64,000 nucleotides of DNA, from the NCBI GenBank assembly GCA_963848305.1, contig CAWKDC010000001.1:1376001-1440000 (forward strand), in the 5' to 3' direction. This stretch comes from an uncultured Gammaproteobacteria bacterium. Lineage in GTDB: Bacteria > Pseudomonadota > Gammaproteobacteria > JABCZS01. Of the stretch, positions 52,201 through 63,458 are shown piece by piece (positions within the stretch are counted from its first letter, which is position 1; each line of letters opens with the position of its first letter). A program made the translations under genes and the position numbers. The notes beneath the pieces were generated by a model. The model had not been told where the DNA came from. It saw only the letters and a list, made by a program, of their open reading frames with translations, and did no database searches.

Positions 52201-52296
52201 GGCTTAACCCCTTGAGCTTTATAGATATAGGTCATCATAGCAGATCAGGCATAGACAAGCAACATGAGCTATACTGCAAACATAGAATAAAGCAGT

Positions 52297-53451
52297 TTGC
52301 AGTGGAGATGTGTTGTGCCTAGCTTATTAGAAAGCAGAGATACATTCGTCAGGGGTTTAAATGTCATCCTTGATGATTATGTTCGTGGAGAGACGACAAG
52401 TACCCGAGGGACTACCTTGTTACGTCAATGGATGGGCGTGGGTCTTACCCATCAACAAGCAGCGATCGACTTAAAGCATCAGCTCAACCTTTATCTTGAA
52501 AGGATATTGAAAGGTGATGAGCCTTCATCGCTTTGGTTAACATTAATCAAAAACCTACGCGCATTCCATGAGAAATTGGTGGAGGCAAACAGTCAGGCAC
52601 TACTGACTGCACTGTTAAATTATATTGAATCAAGTGATTTCAAATCGATTCTCACAGATCCTATATTGATTGATAATAATATCATTGCAACTTTAAATGC
52701 ATTGCCATTCAGCATTACTCAGACTGTTGATGAGCATAAATATAAATGTGTTGACAATGGCCGATTGATACATGATATTCATCGCTATCAAGGCATCATG
52801 AGTATCACAGTTAATAAGGAAACACACGCATTCAATGAATGGATCAAAGTAGAAATTATCGATGAAGCAGAGAATGGACATTATAAGGTCATCGATGTTA
52901 TGCATGACCGATCCCAAGAAGGAGATGCGGACAGTGCCATGGCTGCAGTTGCACATCTATTTGGGCAACATTTTAGCGATCCTGTGACATTTGCGCATCT
53001 TGTTCCATATTTATCACAGAATGCTGTGTTGACAACATTGAGCCAAGATTTATTGTCATTGGTAAGACACACAGGATTGCAATTGTTGAATGTATCTGGC
53101 GTGAATTCCCTACAAGATATTACTAGCATGCAAGGGGTATTAGATAATGACGTTGCCATCATGCCCGGTTTTCAATTGTCCCAGCTTAAAACATTTTTTG
53201 ACATCGCTGATGACAATGGGCCTGTGATCACAGTGCGATATATTTATGATCAATATGTATTACTTGACTCAGAGAGCGGCACGGATCCTATTCCATTGCT
53301 CACCCCTGTTCAAGTGGAAGAGCGTTTCCGTTGCACATTGTCTGAAAATGGCGACAGTGCCACGATCAAACATGAATCTATTCGATTCAGCGCAGTACAA
53401 GACATGCCTGTGTCTGCGGAAAAATCGAGAAATGCGCCTGAGATTTTTTAA
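52297..53451 (+). CDS. Hypothetical protein (about 380 aa; likely start GTG 52315)
   Basis: Long AT-rich ORF; GGAG RBS before GTG 52315; no recognised motif. Confidence 0.7.
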   Translation: MQWRCVVPSLLESRDTFVRGLNVILDDYVRGETTSTRGTTLLRQWMGVGLTHQQAAIDLKHQLNLYLERILKGDEPSSLWLTLIKNLRAFHEKLVEANSQALLTALLNYIESSDFKSILTDPILIDNNIIATLNALPFSITQTVDEHKYKCVDNGRLIHDIHRYQGIMSITVNKETHAFNEWIKVEIIDEAENGHYKVIDVMHDRSQEGDADSAMAAVAHLFGQHFSDPVTFAHLVPYLSQNAVLTTLSQDLLSLVRHTGLQLLNVSGVNSLQDITSMQGVLDNDVAIMPGFQLSQLKTFFDIADDNGPVITVRYIYDQYVLLDSESGTDPIPLLTPVQVEERFRCTLSENGDSATIKHESIRFSAVQDMPVSAEKSRNAPEIF

Positions 53452-54680
53452 TACAAAAAACCAAATAGCCATAATGGGATTTTAGTTTTATACCCTTGTT
53501 CAATATCATCAATGGCCAAATATGCGTTTTGAATATGTTTGATTTGATTAAAATCTTTGTTCTTTCCACCAACCTCAAAAGTATATTGCTTATCAATAAG
53601 AAAATCGCCTACCGTAGGCAAATGGATATCATGTTGAGATTTGAGCATGGACATGAAAAACACTTCTCGCAGCGTGCCTTTATCGACCTGATGGTCAGCG
53701 CTTAATGCAAAGAGCTGGCAAGTATTGTTCGGGTAGATTTTATCTGATTTTTTGAGACCGCTCATTTTCTTATCGCTTTTGTGCAGACAGATAATGATGC
53801 CAGCTTCCTCGATGATCTTCATGTATTGTTTGAGCGTTCTTTCGTCTGAAATCTCTAAAATATATTTCAATTCTTTTAAGTCAGCAGTGAAGGGAACATG
53901 TGTGCTTAAAAATCCCAAGAGCCTTTTCATTTTATCAACACTCGCACCAGAGAGCGTGGGATGAATCGCGGGTAAATCACTTTCCAGAACGGTATGTAAA
54001 TTTTGCTCCACTGTCATGTAAAAAACGTTTTTGTCATTGAATTCTTTAGAATAAGGAAAATAACCGTATTTTAAATACTCGGAAAATAGCGTTAAAGTAT
54101 TCAATGATCTAGCGTTAATTGTTTTAACAATGTGTTTGCAATATGTTTCATGATCTAACAGCATTTTTTCAAATGCGACGGCCTCAAAATCAAACCCGTG
54201 GCAAAGCGATAAATATTCACGGAATGACATGCCATTCATGTCATACACGATCGCGCGACGCGATAGATCGTAAGCGCCGCGGTGAATGGCCAGCGCTGAG
54301 CTTCCTGATGCGAATACGTGCAATGCGGGGAAAGTGTCATAAATACTTTTGAGCTCTTGTGACCAGTTCGCATATTTGTGAATTTCATCAAACCCGATAT
54401 ATTCGCCGCCTTGCATCACAAACGATTCCGCAATGGCGTATAGCGAATAATTTTTGACTAAAAAATGGTCGACTGGCACATATAAGATTTTGTTTTTGGG
54501 CAACCCTGGTTTTTTTAATAATTGAACGACGACAGTCGATTTCCCTACACCCCGTTGCCCACGAATGACTGTGATGCGATGTTCAAAACTATGCGTTCTA
54601 ATAAAATAGCGAATAAAAGGCCTGTAGAGGACTTCGAGCATTTGTTCGCTCAGCGGAAAGAGAATATCTAGCATGGTCAT
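53448..54680 (-). CDS. AAA_14/DUF4143-type ATPase
   Basis: GQRGVGKST, FDEIHKY, SGSS, KIY..NT, RE.FF, GDF..FEVGGK. Confidence 0.88.
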   Translation of the reverse strand: MTMLDILFPLSEQMLEVLYRPFIRYFIRTHSFEHRITVIRGQRGVGKSTVVVQLLKKPGLPKNKILYVPVDHFLVKNYSLYAIAESFVMQGGEYIGFDEIHKYANWSQELKSIYDTFPALHVFASGSSALAIHRGAYDLSRRAIVYDMNGMSFREYLSLCHGFDFEAVAFEKMLLDHETYCKHIVKTINARSLNTLTLFSEYLKYGYFPYSKEFNDKNVFYMTVEQNLHTVLESDLPAIHPTLSGASVDKMKRLLGFLSTHVPFTADLKELKYILEISDERTLKQYMKIIEEAGIIICLHKSDKKMSGLKKSDKIYPNNTCQLFALSADHQVDKGTLREVFFMSMLKSQHDIHLPTVGDFLIDKQYTFEVGGKNKDFNQIKHIQNAYLAIDDIEQGYKTKIPLWLFGFLY

Positions 54681-54688
54681 ACCTTACA

Positions 54689-54803
54689 AATAGGAATGTA
54701 ACCCTATTATAACTCAAAAAAATAGGATTGCAATCCTATTTTCAGAAAAATAACCTTGATTTTTGACCATAGATTGGCATAAATAGGGTTGATTTTCGAC
54801 CAT
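54689..54803. promoter_or_regulatory. Paired operator-like repeats between the two divergent ATPase genes
   Basis: aataggaatgtaaccctatt (54689) and perfect palindrome aataggattgcaatcctatt (54721); ttgatttttgaccat (54756) and ttgattttcgaccat (54789). Confidence 0.6.
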
Positions 54804-54851
54804 GAAAAGCCTATAATTGCATTGAAAAACAACCATGGGAAAAGCATTGAC

Positions 54852-56208
54852 ATGGAAAGACTGATAGATTCATTTCTAAATCAATGGGTTATTGATAATG
54901 CTCGAAAGCCGCTTTTATTACGTGGTGCGCGCCAGGTGGGAAAAACATTTGCGGTGCGTCAGCTTGGAAAGACCTTTTCAAAGTATGTTGAAATCAATTG
55001 TGAGGAACGCCAAAGAGACTGCCAATTATTATTTGAGCAGGATTTGGATCCATCTAATATATTACGCGGGTTATCTTTATTAGCGGGCGAAACTATCGTT
55101 CCTGGTGAAACATTGTTATTTTTAGATGAAATTCAGAGTGTCCCGCGCGCCATCATTGCATTGCGATATTTCTATGAAAAAATGCCCGAGCTGCATGTCA
55201 TTGCGGCGGGATCATTGCTTGAGTTTGCGTTGGAGCAGGTCGGTGTGCCTGTTGGTCGCATTGATTCATTCTACATGTATCCCATGACATGGCTCGAGTT
55301 TTTGTGGGCAAAAAAAGAAAGATTGTTATTTGATGAAATTTGTCAGCATGATTTGCACACCCCAATGCCAGATGTAATTCATGATAAATTATTACGGTTG
55401 TTGGGTGAATATTTTGCGATAGGCGGTATGCCAGAAGTGGTGAGCCATTGGGTTGAATCCAATGATCCTTATCTATGTTTTAAGACACAGCAGGCATTGG
55501 TTGATAATTATCGACAAGATTTTGAAAAATATGCAAAGAAGCATCAAGTGAAATATGTCGAAGTATTATTCAATCAGATACCGAGACAATTGGGCAAAAA
55601 ATTCAATTTCTCTGCTGTACCAGGAGAATATCGCAAACGTGAATTGCTTCCTTGTTTTGATTTGTTGGTCAAAGCCAGTGTCATACATCCTGTGTATCAT
55701 ACCAGTGCACAAGGCTTGCCGCTCGGTGCAGATGTGGATTTGGATAAATTCAAAGCACTTTTTTTAGACATTGGGATGGCGCAAGCATTATTAGGCTTGG
55801 ATTTGAAAGAGTGGATTTTGAATCCTACTGAAGCTTTTGTGAATCAGGGTGAAATTGTTGAAGCCTTCATTGGACAAGAAATTCTTGCGTATTCACATGC
55901 ATTCCAGAAAAAAATGATTTACTATTGGCATCAGGAAACTAGAGAGGGCCAATGCTGAAATTGATTATGTCATTCAAATCCGAAATGACATTATTCCAAT
56001 TGAAGCAAAAAGTGGAAAGACGGGAAGACTGAGGAGTCTTAGGGAATATTTGAATAGCCATTCAGAGACGCCTTATGCGATACGTTTTTCAGCCCTGAAT
56101 TATTCAGAGTTTCAAGGGCTGCGAAGCTACCCCTTGTATGCAGTGGCGAAAGCCATAGGAATGGATTGGGTACAATTTTTACGCTCATCGGCTAAATCTT
56201 TGTTATAA
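54852..56208 (+). CDS. AAA_14/DUF4143-type ATPase (apparent frameshift near 55950)
   Basis: [30 protein letters not shown]; continuation frame [19 protein letters not shown] to TAA at 56206-56208. Confidence 0.88.
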
Positions 56209-56215
56209 TGCCCCC
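56201..56215 (+). promoter_or_regulatory. Extended -10 promoter element upstream of nuoA
   Basis: TGTTATAAT followed by GCCCCC; identical 15-mer at 57410-57424. Confidence 0.5.
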
Positions 56216-56248
56216 GATTCTCTTAATCACGCGTATCACGGGGTTATA

Positions 56249-56605
56249 ATGCTAGAAAACTATCTTCCTGTCATCGTCTTTATCGCCATCGCCATGGTGG
56301 TAGGGGTGGCGCCTGTCCTATTGGGCATGTTATTGGCACCGTCGCGTCCGGGCGTGGAAAAGGATTCTCCTTATGAATGCGGTTTCGAGCCGTTTGAAGA
56401 TGCGCGCATGCAGTTTGATGTGCGGTACTATTTAATCGCCATTTTATTCATCGTTTTTGATCTTGAAATTGCCTTTCTATTCCCTTGGGCTGTGGTATTC
56501 AAGACGCTCGGGCTTCCCGCTGTGCTCGCCATGGGGCTTTTTTTGGGGTTGCTGACATTGGGCTTTATTTATGAGTGGAAGAAGGGGGCCTTAGAATGGG
56601 AATAG
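56249..56605 (+). CDS. nuoA: NADH-quinone oxidoreductase subunit A
   Basis: [31 protein letters not shown]. Confidence 0.97.
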   Translation: MLENYLPVIVFIAIAMVVGVAPVLLGMLLAPSRPGVEKDSPYECGFEPFEDARMQFDVRYYLIAILFIVFDLEIAFLFPWAVVFKTLGLPAVLAMGLFLGLLTLGFIYEWKKGALEWE

Positions 56606-57072
56606 AAGGTATTTTGAAGAAGGGTTTTGTTACCACTTCTGCTGATGCGTTGATCAATTGGGCGCGTACCGGCTCCATGTGGCCGATGACCTTCGGCCTG
56701 GCCTGTTGCGCGGTTGAAATGATGCATGCAGGTGCTTCACGCTACGATCTGGATCGCTTTGGCGTGGTCTTCCGCCCCAGCCCCCGTCAATCCGACGTGA
56801 TGATTGTGGCAGGCACCCTGTGTAACAAGATGGCTCCCGCTTTACGCAAGGTTTATGACCAAATGGCTGAGCCCCGTTGGGTGATTTCCATGGGCTCCTG
56901 CGCCAATGGCGGCGGGTATTATCACTATTCCTATGCTGTCGTTCGCGGGTGTGATCGCATCGTCCCTGTCGATATTTACGTCCCCGGCTGTCCACCAACT
57001 GCTGAAGCCTTGATCTGGGGCATTATACAGCTTCAAAACAAGATCAAACGCACAGATACGATTGCGCGATGA
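56596..57072 (+). CDS. nuoB: NADH-quinone oxidoreductase subunit B
   Basis: [31 protein letters not shown]. Confidence 0.98.
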   Translation: MGIEGILKKGFVTTSADALINWARTGSMWPMTFGLACCAVEMMHAGASRYDLDRFGVVFRPSPRQSDVMIVAGTLCNKMAPALRKVYDQMAEPRWVISMGSCANGGGYYHYSYAVVRGCDRIVPVDIYVPGCPPTAEALIWGIIQLQNKIKRTDTIAR

Positions 57073-57084
57073 GTGTCGCCCTCA

Positions 57085-57113
57085 TGTAGGGGCGCAGCAT
57101 GCTGAACCCCTAC
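57085..57113. repeat. GTAG-type REP-like hairpin after nuoB
   Basis: tgtagggg-cg-cagc-at-gctg-aa-cccctaca. Confidence 0.65.
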
Positions 57114-57194
57114 ACCAAATTATGCAACAAAGTCCAACAATGAAATATGTTCCATAAAATCATTAAAAATCAATCGACAAGTCATCAGCTTTGA

Positions 57195-57240
57195 TTTAAC
57201 CTTACTTATCCAAAGTTAACTTTTTTTAAGTAAGGTTAAA
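57195..57240. promoter_or_regulatory. 46-bp near-perfect palindrome in the nuoB-nuoC gap
   Basis: tttaaccttactta-tcc-aaagttaacttt-ttt-taagtaaggttaaa. Confidence 0.6.
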
Positions 57241-57446
57241 TGAAGTCATTCAATTAAATCAAGAGCTTATAGACGAAATCCAGGCGCTCAATCCTTGGTT
57301 AGCAGGCAGCGAGCCCCGGCTTTCGCCGGAGTAAACTCCCTGAAGCCCTAGACAATGGATCTGAAACAATCCTTTGGAAGCAGCCCACCCTACCATCCTA
57401 CTGTCTTTCTGTTATAATGCCCCCAGCGAAATGGCTGGAGAACCTC

Positions 57447-58106
57447 ATGAAGATTGAAGCCCTGACTGAACAGGTGGCCCAAACCTTGGGCGATGCGCTG
57501 TTGCGCAGCACGACTCATGTCGGTGAATTAACCATAGAAGTCTCCGCCGCGCGTTGCCATGATGTGTGCAAGACTTTGCGCGATGCGCCAGAGCTTGCGT
57601 TTGACCAGCTCATCGACGTTTGCGCAGTCGACTATCTCACATACGGGCAAGATGAATGGAAGACCGATGCAGCGACCGACACTGGCTTCAGCCGCGGTGT
57701 ATCCATCATGAAGCGCGATGCCGGCCCCCGTTTTGCCGTGGTGTACCATTTATTGTCCCTCACCCACAATCACCGTATTCGCGTGAAATCATTTGTGAAT
57801 GACGACGACCTGTCGATGGACAGTGTGAATGATATCTGGCCATCCGCCAATTGGTTCGAGCGTGAAGCATTTGATTTATTTGGCGTGATCTTCAAAGGAC
57901 ACCCAGATTTGCGCCGCATTCTGACCGATTACGGTTTCATAGGCCACCCATTCCGTAAAGATTTTCCACAATCAGGTTATGTCGAAGTGCGCTATGATGC
58001 CACTCAACAGCGTGTCGTCTATGAGCCCGTGAGCATAGAACCTCGGGTACTCGTGCCCAAAGTGATTCGTGATGACCATCGTTACCTATTAGAAGAGGGC
58101 GAATAA
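57447..58106 (+). CDS. nuoC: NADH-quinone oxidoreductase subunit C
   Basis: [35 protein letters not shown]; GGAG RBS before ATG 57447. Confidence 0.96.
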   Translation: MKIEALTEQVAQTLGDALLRSTTHVGELTIEVSAARCHDVCKTLRDAPELAFDQLIDVCAVDYLTYGQDEWKTDAATDTGFSRGVSIMKRDAGPRFAVVYHLLSLTHNHRIRVKSFVNDDDLSMDSVNDIWPSANWFEREAFDLFGVIFKGHPDLRRILTDYGFIGHPFRKDFPQSGYVEVRYDATQQRVVYEPVSIEPRVLVPKVIRDDHRYLLEEGE

Positions 58107-59356
58107 TGGCAGATATTAAAAATTACACCCTCAACTTTGGCCCACAGCATCCTGCGGCGCACGGTGTATTACGTTTGATTCTTGAATTAGACGGCGAAAC
58201 GGTCGTGAGCGCTGATCCACATGTGGGTTTATTGCACCGTGCCACGGAAAAATTGGCTGAAAGTAAACCTTATAATCAAAGCATTGGTTACATGGACCGC
58301 CTCGATTATGTCTCGATGTTGTGCAATGAACATGGTTATGTCTTGGCCATGGAAAAATTATTGGGTATCACGGCACCCATTCGCGCACAATATATTCGTG
58401 TCATGTTTGATGAAATCACCCGTATTCTCAACCATTTATTGTGGATTGGCGCACACGCACTCGACGTTGGTGCAATGACCATGTTTTTATATGCATTCCG
58501 TGAACGTGAAGATTTAATGGATTGTTATGAAGCCGTCTCGGGCGCGCGCTTGCATGCGACGTATTATCGTCCCGGCGGCGTTTACCGTGACTTGCCCGAG
58601 CGCATGGCGCAATATAATCCCGCGCAATTTAAAGCGAAAGATTCAAAATGGCGCAATGCCAATCGTCAAGGGCCCTTGCTCGATTTTATTCAAGATTTTA
58701 CGGAGCGTTTTCCCAAATGCGTTGACGAATACGAAACGTTGTTAACGGATAACCGGATTTGGAAACAACGCACGGTCAATATTGGTATTGTCTCTCCTGA
58801 GAGAGCGATCGCGTTAGGATTCACCGGCCCCATGTTGCGTGGTTCGGGCGTTGCTTGGGATTTGCGTAAAAAACAACCTTACGCCGCCTACGACAAAGTG
58901 GATTTTGATATTCCTGTCGGCAAAACAGGCGACAGCTATGATCGTTATTTGGTGCGTATGGAAGAAATGCGCCAATCCAATCGTATCATTCGTCAATGCG
59001 TTGATTGGCTGCGCGTGAATCCCGGCCCAGTCACGGCGGATGACACAAAAGTAGTGCCGCCCAAACGTGAAAAAATGAAAAACGACATGGAAGCCATGAT
59101 TCACCACTTTAAATTATTCACCGAAGGTTTTTGTATTCCTGCAGGCGAAGCGTATGCCGCTGTTGAACATCCCAAAGGTGAATTCGGGGTATATTTAGTG
59201 TCAGATGGCGCCAACAAACCCTATCGTCTCAAAGTGCGCGCAGCGGGTTTTCCCCATTTGGCTGCACTGGATGAAATGGTGAAAGGACACATGTTATCCG
59301 ACGTGGTCACGATTATTGGTACACAAGACATCGTATTTGGGGAGATAGATCGCTGA
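58106..59356 (+). CDS. nuoD: NADH-quinone oxidoreductase subunit D
   Basis: [37 protein letters not shown]. Confidence 0.98.
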   Translation: MADIKNYTLNFGPQHPAAHGVLRLILELDGETVVSADPHVGLLHRATEKLAESKPYNQSIGYMDRLDYVSMLCNEHGYVLAMEKLLGITAPIRAQYIRVMFDEITRILNHLLWIGAHALDVGAMTMFLYAFREREDLMDCYEAVSGARLHATYYRPGGVYRDLPERMAQYNPAQFKAKDSKWRNANRQGPLLDFIQDFTERFPKCVDEYETLLTDNRIWKQRTVNIGIVSPERAIALGFTGPMLRGSGVAWDLRKKQPYAAYDKVDFDIPVGKTGDSYDRYLVRMEEMRQSNRIIRQCVDWLRVNPGPVTADDTKVVPPKREKMKNDMEAMIHHFKLFTEGFCIPAGEAYAAVEHPKGEFGVYLVSDGANKPYRLKVRAAGFPHLAALDEMVKGHMLSDVVTIIGTQDIVFGEIDR

Positions 59357-59853
59357 TGAATGATGTATATGAATTAAGCGACGTGCTCAGAGCTGCGATT
59401 GATGTGTGGGTAGCGAAGTTCCCACCCGAGCAAAAGCGTTCGGCGGTGATTCCTGCACTCACATTGGTGCAAAAGCGAGAAGGATATTTAAGCAACCCAA
59501 TGATGGATGCTGTTGGCGATTATTTAGGGATGCCGCATATTGCCGTCTATGAAGTCGCTACGTTTTACTCCATGTTCGATTTGGCTCCGCGCGGTAAACA
59601 TAAAATCTGTGTGTGCACGAATATTGCATGCATGTTGCGTGGATCTGAACAAGTGGTTCAGCATCTCAAGAAAAAATTAGACGTTGATTTCAAAGAAACC
59701 ACTCAAGACAAACAATTTTCACTGCATCACGTCGAATGTTTGGGCGCTTGCGGCGGCGCGCCAGCGATGCAAATCGATGAAACCTATTATGAAAATGTGA
59801 CACCTGAAAAGATTGATGCGATTTTAACAAAAATTCGGGAGGAATCATGCTGA
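59356..59853 (+). CDS. nuoE: NADH-quinone oxidoreductase subunit E
   Basis: [25 protein letters not shown]. Confidence 0.97.
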   Translation: MNDVYELSDVLRAAIDVWVAKFPPEQKRSAVIPALTLVQKREGYLSNPMMDAVGDYLGMPHIAVYEVATFYSMFDLAPRGKHKICVCTNIACMLRGSEQVVQHLKKKLDVDFKETTQDKQFSLHHVECLGACGGAPAMQIDETYYENVTPEKIDAILTKIREESC

Positions 59854-61109
59854 TTAACCAGGTTTGTTTCCGAACAATCGATAAAAAAGATCCAGCCTCG
59901 TTGGCAACCTATGAATCTGTCGGGGGATATTCTGTGTGGCGGCGCATTCTCAAAGAAAAACCCGCTGCAGATGTGTTGATCGAAGAGATTAAAAAATCCG
60001 GTTTGCGCGGTCGGGGTGGTGCAGGTTTTCCCACAGGTTTGAAATGGAGCTTCATGCCACGTCAGCGCGCCGGCCAAAAATATGTGGTGTGCAATTCAGA
60101 CGAAGGCGAACCCGGTACATTCAAAGATCGTGATATTCTGCGTTACAATCCCCATCAATTGATTGAAGGCATGGCGATTGCCAGTTACATTCTAAATGCA
60201 ACGGTTGGATACAATTATATTCGCGGTGAATACATTGAGCCTTTCAATGCCTGTGAAAAAGCATTGGCAGAAGCACGTGCTGCTGGCTTGATCGGTAACA
60301 ACATTTTAGGCAGCGGTGTTGATTTTGAATTGCACAATATGATTGGCGCCGGCGCTTATATTTGCGGTGAAGAAACCGCATTATTGGAATCGCTCGAAGG
60401 TAAAAAAGGGTTGCCTCGTTTTAAGCCGCCATTCCCTGCAAATTTTGGTTTGTATGGTTGTCCGACGATCATTAATAACACCGAAAGTTATGCCTCTGTG
60501 CCCGTGATTTTAGAAAAAGGGCCTGAATGGTTTGCATCGATGGGTACCGAGAAAAGTGGCGGTACCAAAATTTTTTCCGTGTCGGGTCATGTAAATCGTC
60601 CTGGCAATTATGAAGTACCCATGGGAACACCATTCAAAACTTTATTAGAAATGGCGGGCGGCATGTTGAATGGACGCTCACTGAAAGCGGTGATCCCTGG
60701 CGGTTCATCTGTCCCGGTTTTGCCCGCGCACATCATGATGGATGTCAACATGGATTATGAATCATTGTCGAAAGCCGGCAGCATGTTGGGCGCAGGGTCA
60801 GTCATTGTGATGGACGATACCACTGACATGGTCAAAGTATTGTCCCGTATTTCTGAATTCTATTTTGAAGAATCTTGTGGTCAATGTACTCCTTGTCGTG
60901 AAGGCACGGGGTGGTTATCACGCATGTTGCACCGTGTGTTGCATGGCGAAGGCACCATGGAAGATTTGGATAAATTGGAAGCGGTAGCCAATAAAATGAT
61001 GGGACGCACGATTTGCGCATTGGCTGATGCCGCTGCCATGCCGGTGTTGAGTTTTATCAAACATTTTAGATCAGAGTTTGATGCGCTTGTTAAAACGCAA
61101 GCGTTGTAA
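59847..61109 (+). CDS. nuoF: NADH-quinone oxidoreductase subunit F
   Basis: [42 protein letters not shown]. Confidence 0.98.
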   Translation: MLINQVCFRTIDKKDPASLATYESVGGYSVWRRILKEKPAADVLIEEIKKSGLRGRGGAGFPTGLKWSFMPRQRAGQKYVVCNSDEGEPGTFKDRDILRYNPHQLIEGMAIASYILNATVGYNYIRGEYIEPFNACEKALAEARAAGLIGNNILGSGVDFELHNMIGAGAYICGEETALLESLEGKKGLPRFKPPFPANFGLYGCPTIINNTESYASVPVILEKGPEWFASMGTEKSGGTKIFSVSGHVNRPGNYEVPMGTPFKTLLEMAGGMLNGRSLKAVIPGGSSVPVLPAHIMMDVNMDYESLSKAGSMLGAGSVIVMDDTTDMVKVLSRISEFYFEESCGQCTPCREGTGWLSRMLHRVLHGEGTMEDLDKLEAVANKMMGRTICALADAAAMPVLSFIKHFRSEFDALVKTQAL

Positions 61110-61166
61110 GAGATTGTTCCTCCCCATGAAAAGGGAGGTGGCTCCGTTGGGCGGAGGGATTGATAG

Positions 61167-63458
61167 ATGAGTAAAGTCACATTTGAAATAAATGGTAAAC
61201 CAGTTCAAGCTGAACCTGGCCAAATGATCATTGAAGTGGCGGATGAAAATAATATTCGCATCCCCCGTTTTTGTTACCATAAAAAATTGTCGATAGCAGC
61301 GAACTGCCGCATGTGTTTGGTGCAGGTTGAAAAAGCACCCAAGCCATTGCCCGCGTGCGCTACGCCTATCACTGAAGGAATGAAAGTATTCACGCGCTCG
61401 CCCATGGCGCTTGAATCACAACGCATTGTGATGGAATTCTTATTGATCAACCATCCCCTCGATTGCCCCGTCTGTGATCAAGGCGGTGAGTGTGAATTGC
61501 AAGACGTTTCGATGGGGTACGGTGATGGTGTCTCTGAATACACCGAAGGCAAGCGCAGTGTCGAAGATCCTGATCTGGGTCCGTTGGTGGCGACTTACAT
61601 GACACGTTGCATTCATTGCACACGTTGCGTTCGTTTCGGAGATGAAATTTCAGGCATGCGGGAATTGGGTGCTGTCGGTCGTGGTGAATTCACCAAAATC
61701 ACCACGTATGTCCATAAAAATGTGGATTCAGAATTATCAGGGAACGTGATTGATATTTGTCCCGTGGGCGCATTGACCAACAAACCTTTCCAATTTAAAG
61801 CCCGTCCTTGGGAATTGAAGCAACGTGCAGCCATCAGCCCACATGATTGTGTAGGGCCCCATTTGTTCTTACATGAACGCCGTAACGAATTATTCCGCGC
61901 AGTGCCTCGCGAGTGTGAATCTGTGAATGAAGTATGGATTTCAGATCGCGATCGTTTTGGTTTTATGGGCGCTGCATCTGATGATCGTTTAACATTGCCT
62001 GAAATTAAAGTCGATGGTGAATGGCGCGTCACTGATTGGGCAACCGCCTTAGAACATACGGTGAATTTGTTGCAAAAAACCTTGCATGAACAAGACGGTG
62101 CACAGCACATCGGCGCATTGGTTTCACCCAGTGAAACACTTGAAAACATGTATGTGTTTCAAAAACTGTTGCGTGGATTAGGCATCAACAATATTGATCA
62201 TCGTTTGAAAACACAAGATTTCAAAGATGAAGCGCATTTCCCAGTGTACCCTGATTTGGGCATGAAGATTGCTGATCTTGAAACAGCCGATGTGATTGTG
62301 CTCGTCGGCGCACACATTCGCAAAGAACAGCCGATGTTGTGGCACCGCGTTCATAAAGCATCACAACACGGGGCAAAAATCATTGTGGTTGACGTGATGA
62401 AGCATGACATGAATTTACCCGTCACAGCATCGTTCATTGCGGATCGCGGCGATTTATTGTCTGCACTGAACATGGCCGAAAAAGCTTCGAAAGATATATT
62501 CACGTCAGGAAAAAAGATCGCGATTTTATTAGGTGCGCAGGCGATGCATCATCCACAAGCCACACATCTTCGTTTTGCAGCACATTCTTTGGCCACGACT
62601 TATCAGGCACATGTCGGGTTGCTCACAGAAGGTGCAAACAGTGCGGGTGCTTGGTTATCAGGGTGTGTCCCGCATCGCACGTCCGGCGGCAAAACGACCG
62701 CATCAGGCGTGAATGCACAAGACATGTTCAAGCAGCCTCGCCACGCTTATGTATTACTCAATGTTGAACCTGAGCTTGACACTGCTTATGGTGCCATCGT
62801 CCATCACGCATTGACAGCGGCCGAAGCAGTTGTTTGTATCACCTCACATGCGAGTGCATCGATGCGTGAATATGCACACGTGTTACTGCCGGCGACACCG
62901 TTTTCAGAAATGAGCGGAACTTTTGTGAATGTGCAAGGGGATTGGCAGCCGTTCCAAGCAGCCGTGTTGCCTGCGGGTGAAGCGCGGCCTGCTTGGAAGA
63001 TTTGTGCAGCATTGGCAGCATTGTGTCATATAGAAGATCAAGCCTTTGAAACCTTGGATGATGTGCGTGATGATTTGAAAAAACACATCACACCCCACAA
63101 CACCCCAGCCACTTGGATCAAACCCACAACACCCACTCACATGCCAACGGGTAATGTGCGTGTGGCAGAAACACCGATATATGCAGTGGATATGTTGACA
63201 CGTCGCTCCGCACCGTTGCAAGACACGAATGACATGAAAGTCGTGCAAGGCGTGCATGTGTCATCATCACTCTTCAATACATTGGGGCTGAAAGAAGGTG
63301 AATCAGTACGTGTGGCGCAAGCTGGCCATGAAGCTTATTTACCGCTCGTGTTGAATCCACAATTGCCTGATCATGCCGTGTTCGTGGCTTATGGATTGCC
63401 TGCACAAGCAACGCTTGGTTTGGGATTCGCAGAGATCACGGTAGGAGGGCGCTCATGA
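61167..63458 (+). CDS. nuoG: NADH-quinone oxidoreductase subunit G
   Basis: [42 protein letters not shown]. Confidence 0.97.
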   Translation: MSKVTFEINGKPVQAEPGQMIIEVADENNIRIPRFCYHKKLSIAANCRMCLVQVEKAPKPLPACATPITEGMKVFTRSPMALESQRIVMEFLLINHPLDCPVCDQGGECELQDVSMGYGDGVSEYTEGKRSVEDPDLGPLVATYMTRCIHCTRCVRFGDEISGMRELGAVGRGEFTKITTYVHKNVDSELSGNVIDICPVGALTNKPFQFKARPWELKQRAAISPHDCVGPHLFLHERRNELFRAVPRECESVNEVWISDRDRFGFMGAASDDRLTLPEIKVDGEWRVTDWATALEHTVNLLQKTLHEQDGAQHIGALVSPSETLENMYVFQKLLRGLGINNIDHRLKTQDFKDEAHFPVYPDLGMKIADLETADVIVLVGAHIRKEQPMLWHRVHKASQHGAKIIVVDVMKHDMNLPVTASFIADRGDLLSALNMAEKASKDIFTSGKKIAILLGAQAMHHPQATHLRFAAHSLATTYQAHVGLLTEGANSAGAWLSGCVPHRTSGGKTTASGVNAQDMFKQPRHAYVLLNVEPELDTAYGAIVHHALTAAEAVVCITSHASASMREYAHVLLPATPFSEMSGTFVNVQGDWQPFQAAVLPAGEARPAWKICAALAALCHIEDQAFETLDDVRDDLKKHITPHNTPATWIKPTTPTHMPTGNVRVAETPIYAVDMLTRRSAPLQDTNDMKVVQGVHVSSSLFNTLGLKEGESVRVAQAGHEAYLPLVLNPQLPDHAVFVAYGLPAQATLGLGFAEITVGGRS

